The translations under genes and the position numbers were made by a program. 8,203 bases of DNA from NCBI GenBank assembly GCA_001192655.1, contig BBVC01000104.1:1-8203 (forward strand), given 5' to 3'. Within the stretch, counting starts at the first letter, position 1. Each line of letters starts with the position of its first letter. The stretch comes from Caedimonas varicaedens. Lineage in GTDB: Bacteria; Pseudomonadota; Alphaproteobacteria; Caedimonadales; Caedimonadaceae. Below the pieces are notes generated by a model that was not told where the DNA came from, made no database searches, and was given only the letters and a program-made list of their open reading frames with translations. This document shows positions 6,680-8,203 of this stretch, in pieces.

Positions 6680-7468
6680 ATGAAACAGACTGGACTTATT
6701 GGAATTTTGGGTGGATTGGGGCCTGAAGCTGGGCGCCTGTTGCATGGTTACATTATTGAAGAGGCGACACACCTGAAATCTGTTACCTGTGATCAGGATC
6801 ATTATGATGTGATCCACTTTTCTATTCCCAGCATTGTCCCTGATCGGGCATCCTATATTTTCGATCCTCATTGCCCTAACCCGACACCTATTATTTTTAA
6901 CATTCTTAAATCCATGGTCCTGGTTGCTGAACAGCATCAACGGCCTCTTTCTGTTTGTATTCCCTGTAATACGTATCACGCGCCTGTCCTTTTTGATCCA
7001 CTTGAGCAGGCTTTGTTCCAAAGCGATTTCAGTCATTACGTTCAGATTTTAAATCTTATTGAAGAGTCAGTTCTAGCCATCAAAACAACCTATCCTTCCA
7101 TTACGCGCGTCGGTTTAATTTCGACCAGTGGAGAACGCGCTTCCAGAGTTTATCATCATTATCTCACTCTGCACGGCATTGAATTGATTCAGGCTGATGA
7201 ACACGAACAGAAATTTGTCGATGATACAATCTACAACCCTGTTTATGGTTTGAAGGCGACCTCGATTGGGACACCCATCGTCCGCGAAATATTGCGGGAT
7301 ATTGTGACTCTATTACAGAAACAGGGTGCTGAAATCATTATTTTAGGCTGTACAGAGTTGCCTTTTGTTTTTGATCAGGAAATGTGGGGGGGCGCTCATT
7401 TTATCAGTCCCATGCGTATTATGGCGCGCCGCCTTATTGAAGAGGCAGAAAAAGCAACAGTAAAATGA
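6680..7468 (+). CDS. Aspartate/glutamate racemase family protein, probable aspartate racemase (262 aa)
   Basis: The N-terminal IGILGGLGPEAG motif is present, followed by DQDH...IPSIVPDRASYI. There are two catalytic-cysteine motifs, IPCNTYH and ILGCTELP. Length and architecture match my recollection of archaeal and bacterial aspartate racemases (PF01177 type). Confidence 0.85.
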   Translation: MKQTGLIGILGGLGPEAGRLLHGYIIEEATHLKSVTCDQDHYDVIHFSIPSIVPDRASYIFDPHCPNPTPIIFNILKSMVLVAEQHQRPLSVCIPCNTYHAPVLFDPLEQALFQSDFSHYVQILNLIEESVLAIKTTYPSITRVGLISTSGERASRVYHHYLTLHGIELIQADEHEQKFVDDTIYNPVYGLKATSIGTPIVREILRDIVTLLQKQGAEIIILGCTELPFVFDQEMWGGAHFISPMRIMARRLIEEAEKATVK

Positions 7469-7551
7469 GAAAACCAGGATAATATTTCTTTTTAGATCCA
7501 TTATTAATGATATTTCTATAATAATATTATCTCTACACAATAAAAAATAAC

Positions 7552-7557
7552 AGGAGG
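7552..7557 (+). promoter_or_regulatory. Shine-Dalgarno sequence for the arginase-family ORF
   Basis: AGGAGG at 7552-7557 lies 4 nt upstream of the ATG at 7562. Confidence 0.8.
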
Positions 7558-7561
7558 GCGT

Positions 7562-8203
7562 ATGATATTTCCCAGAGATTCCATAACTCCTGAGAAAGAA
7601 TCACGAACGTATGCGGTGATTGGTGCTGCTTTGGGGTGGGGTGCGCAAATTCGGGAAACAGAAAATGGTCCTGATGCAATTTATGCTTCTGCCCTGAAAA
7701 CAAAACTTTCCCAATGGGGAGTCGCCGTGCAATGGGAAAATATTATTTATCCTTCTCAAAAAGCAAAAGGATCCCAACTTTCACCAGGTGCTCCAACATT
7801 GCCTCTGATTGTGGAACATATAACCCGATTAGCCAATCAAGTGGCCAAAGTTGTTGATCGAGGCGATTTTCCTATTATCGTGGGAGGAGATCACTCTATT
7901 GCCATTGGAACGTGGAGCGGAGTAACCCATGCGTTGTGCTCCAAGGAAAATTTTGGGTTGCTCTGGATTGATGCACATATGGATGCCCATACGCCTGAAA
8001 CAAGTCTCTCTCACGCGTATCATGGGATGCCTGTTGCAAGTCTTTTGGGGTATGGAGACCCTCAACTCATCAATATTGCCGATCCTGGCTCCAAACTTCA
8101 TCCCCGACATGTCATTCTTTATGGAGTACGGAGTTATGAACATGCTGAAAAGGCTTTTCTTAATCGCCTGGGTGTTCGTGTTTACTATATAGCTAACAAC
8201 ATA
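7562..8203 (+). CDS. Arginase-family ureohydrolase, probable arginase. This is the N-terminal 214 codons, and the 3' end lies beyond the window.
   Basis: My own translation from the ATG at 7562 is open to the last base of the window. It reads MIFPRDSITPEKESRTYAVIGAALGWGAQIRETENGPDAIYASALKTKL...PIIVGGDHSIAIGTWSGVTHAL...FGLLWIDAHMDAHTPETSLSHAYHGMPVASLLGYGDP...ILYGVRSYE. The GGDHS and DAH.D..TP..S.S...HGMP blocks are the ureohydrolase Mn-binding signatures, and HGMP is more arginase-like than agmatinase-like. The ORF is not in the supplied track because it has no stop in the window. Confidence 0.85.
   Translation, partial: MIFPRDSITPEKESRTYAVIGAALGWGAQIRETENGPDAIYASALKTKLSQWGVAVQWENIIYPSQKAKGSQLSPGAPTLPLIVEHITRLANQVAKVVDRGDFPIIVGGDHSIAIGTWSGVTHALCSKENFGLLWIDAHMDAHTPETSLSHAYHGMPVASLLGYGDPQLINIADPGSKLHPRHVILYGVRSYEHAEKAFLNRLGVRVYYIANNI

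Noticed and set aside
6677-7052. 119-aa minus-strand ORF (6677..7036) and 72-aa plus-strand ORF (6834..7052) overlapping the racemase gene
   Set aside because: The racemase frame has both catalytic-cysteine motifs and a family-typical N-terminus. These overlapping frames show no motifs.
7343-7540. 65-aa minus-strand ORF spanning the racemase 3' end and the intergenic region
   Set aside because: It is antisense to a real gene, AT-rich and low-complexity, and has no ribosome-binding site.
7829-8192. Track ORFs 7829..8143 (minus) and 7929..8192 (plus)
   Set aside because: Both lie inside the arginase-family frame that starts at 7562, and only that frame shows conserved ureohydrolase motifs.
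1-8203. CRISPR arrays, rRNA genes, integron or attC-like sites, and defence-system gene clusters
   Set aside because: I found no regularly spaced direct repeats, no rRNA-like conserved blocks, and no unexplained multi-gene cluster. All sizeable coding capacity is accounted for by housekeeping or metabolic genes and IS remnants.

Overview
The window holds a minus-strand housekeeping operon, glyQ-glyS-cdd (779-4181), with overlapping stop and start codons. Insertion-sequence debris lies on both sides of it.

Left side: an IS630-family transposase pseudogene (1-~380, minus strand) that runs off the window.

Right side:
- An 839-bp IS5-family element (4306-5144) has perfect 18-bp terminal inverted repeats. 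Its transposase reading frame is broken by two in-frame TAG codons, has no obvious start, and has a frame change at an A5G5 run.
- A ~175-bp 3' remnant of an IS3-family element (5145-~5319) directly abuts it.
- About 430 bp of orphan non-coding DNA (5320-5752) follows.
- Next is a divergent gene pair: a HAD-IIA-type hydrolase (5753-6610, minus) and an Asp/Glu-racemase-family gene (6680-7468, plus).
- Last is an arginase-family ORF (7562 to beyond 8203, plus). It has a strong Shine-Dalgarno sequence and is absent from the supplied ORF track because it has no stop inside the window.

I found no rRNA, tRNA or CRISPR array. Most other ORFs in the track are alternative-frame or antisense artefacts inside the real genes.

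I do not see a convincing novel multi-gene system. The points most worth a second look are:
- every premature stop in two unrelated IS pseudogenes is TAG;
- the IS5-family element is coding-dead but keeps intact ends, and sits 124 bp upstream of the essential glyQS operon;
- the racemase and arginase-family genes are in tandem, with an AT-rich palindrome over the putative arginase promoter;
- the orphan non-coding stretch contains a mini-palindrome that resembles the IS ends.

The density of IS debris and the AT-leaning composition suggest an IS-rich, possibly host-associated, bacterial genome. That is inference only.
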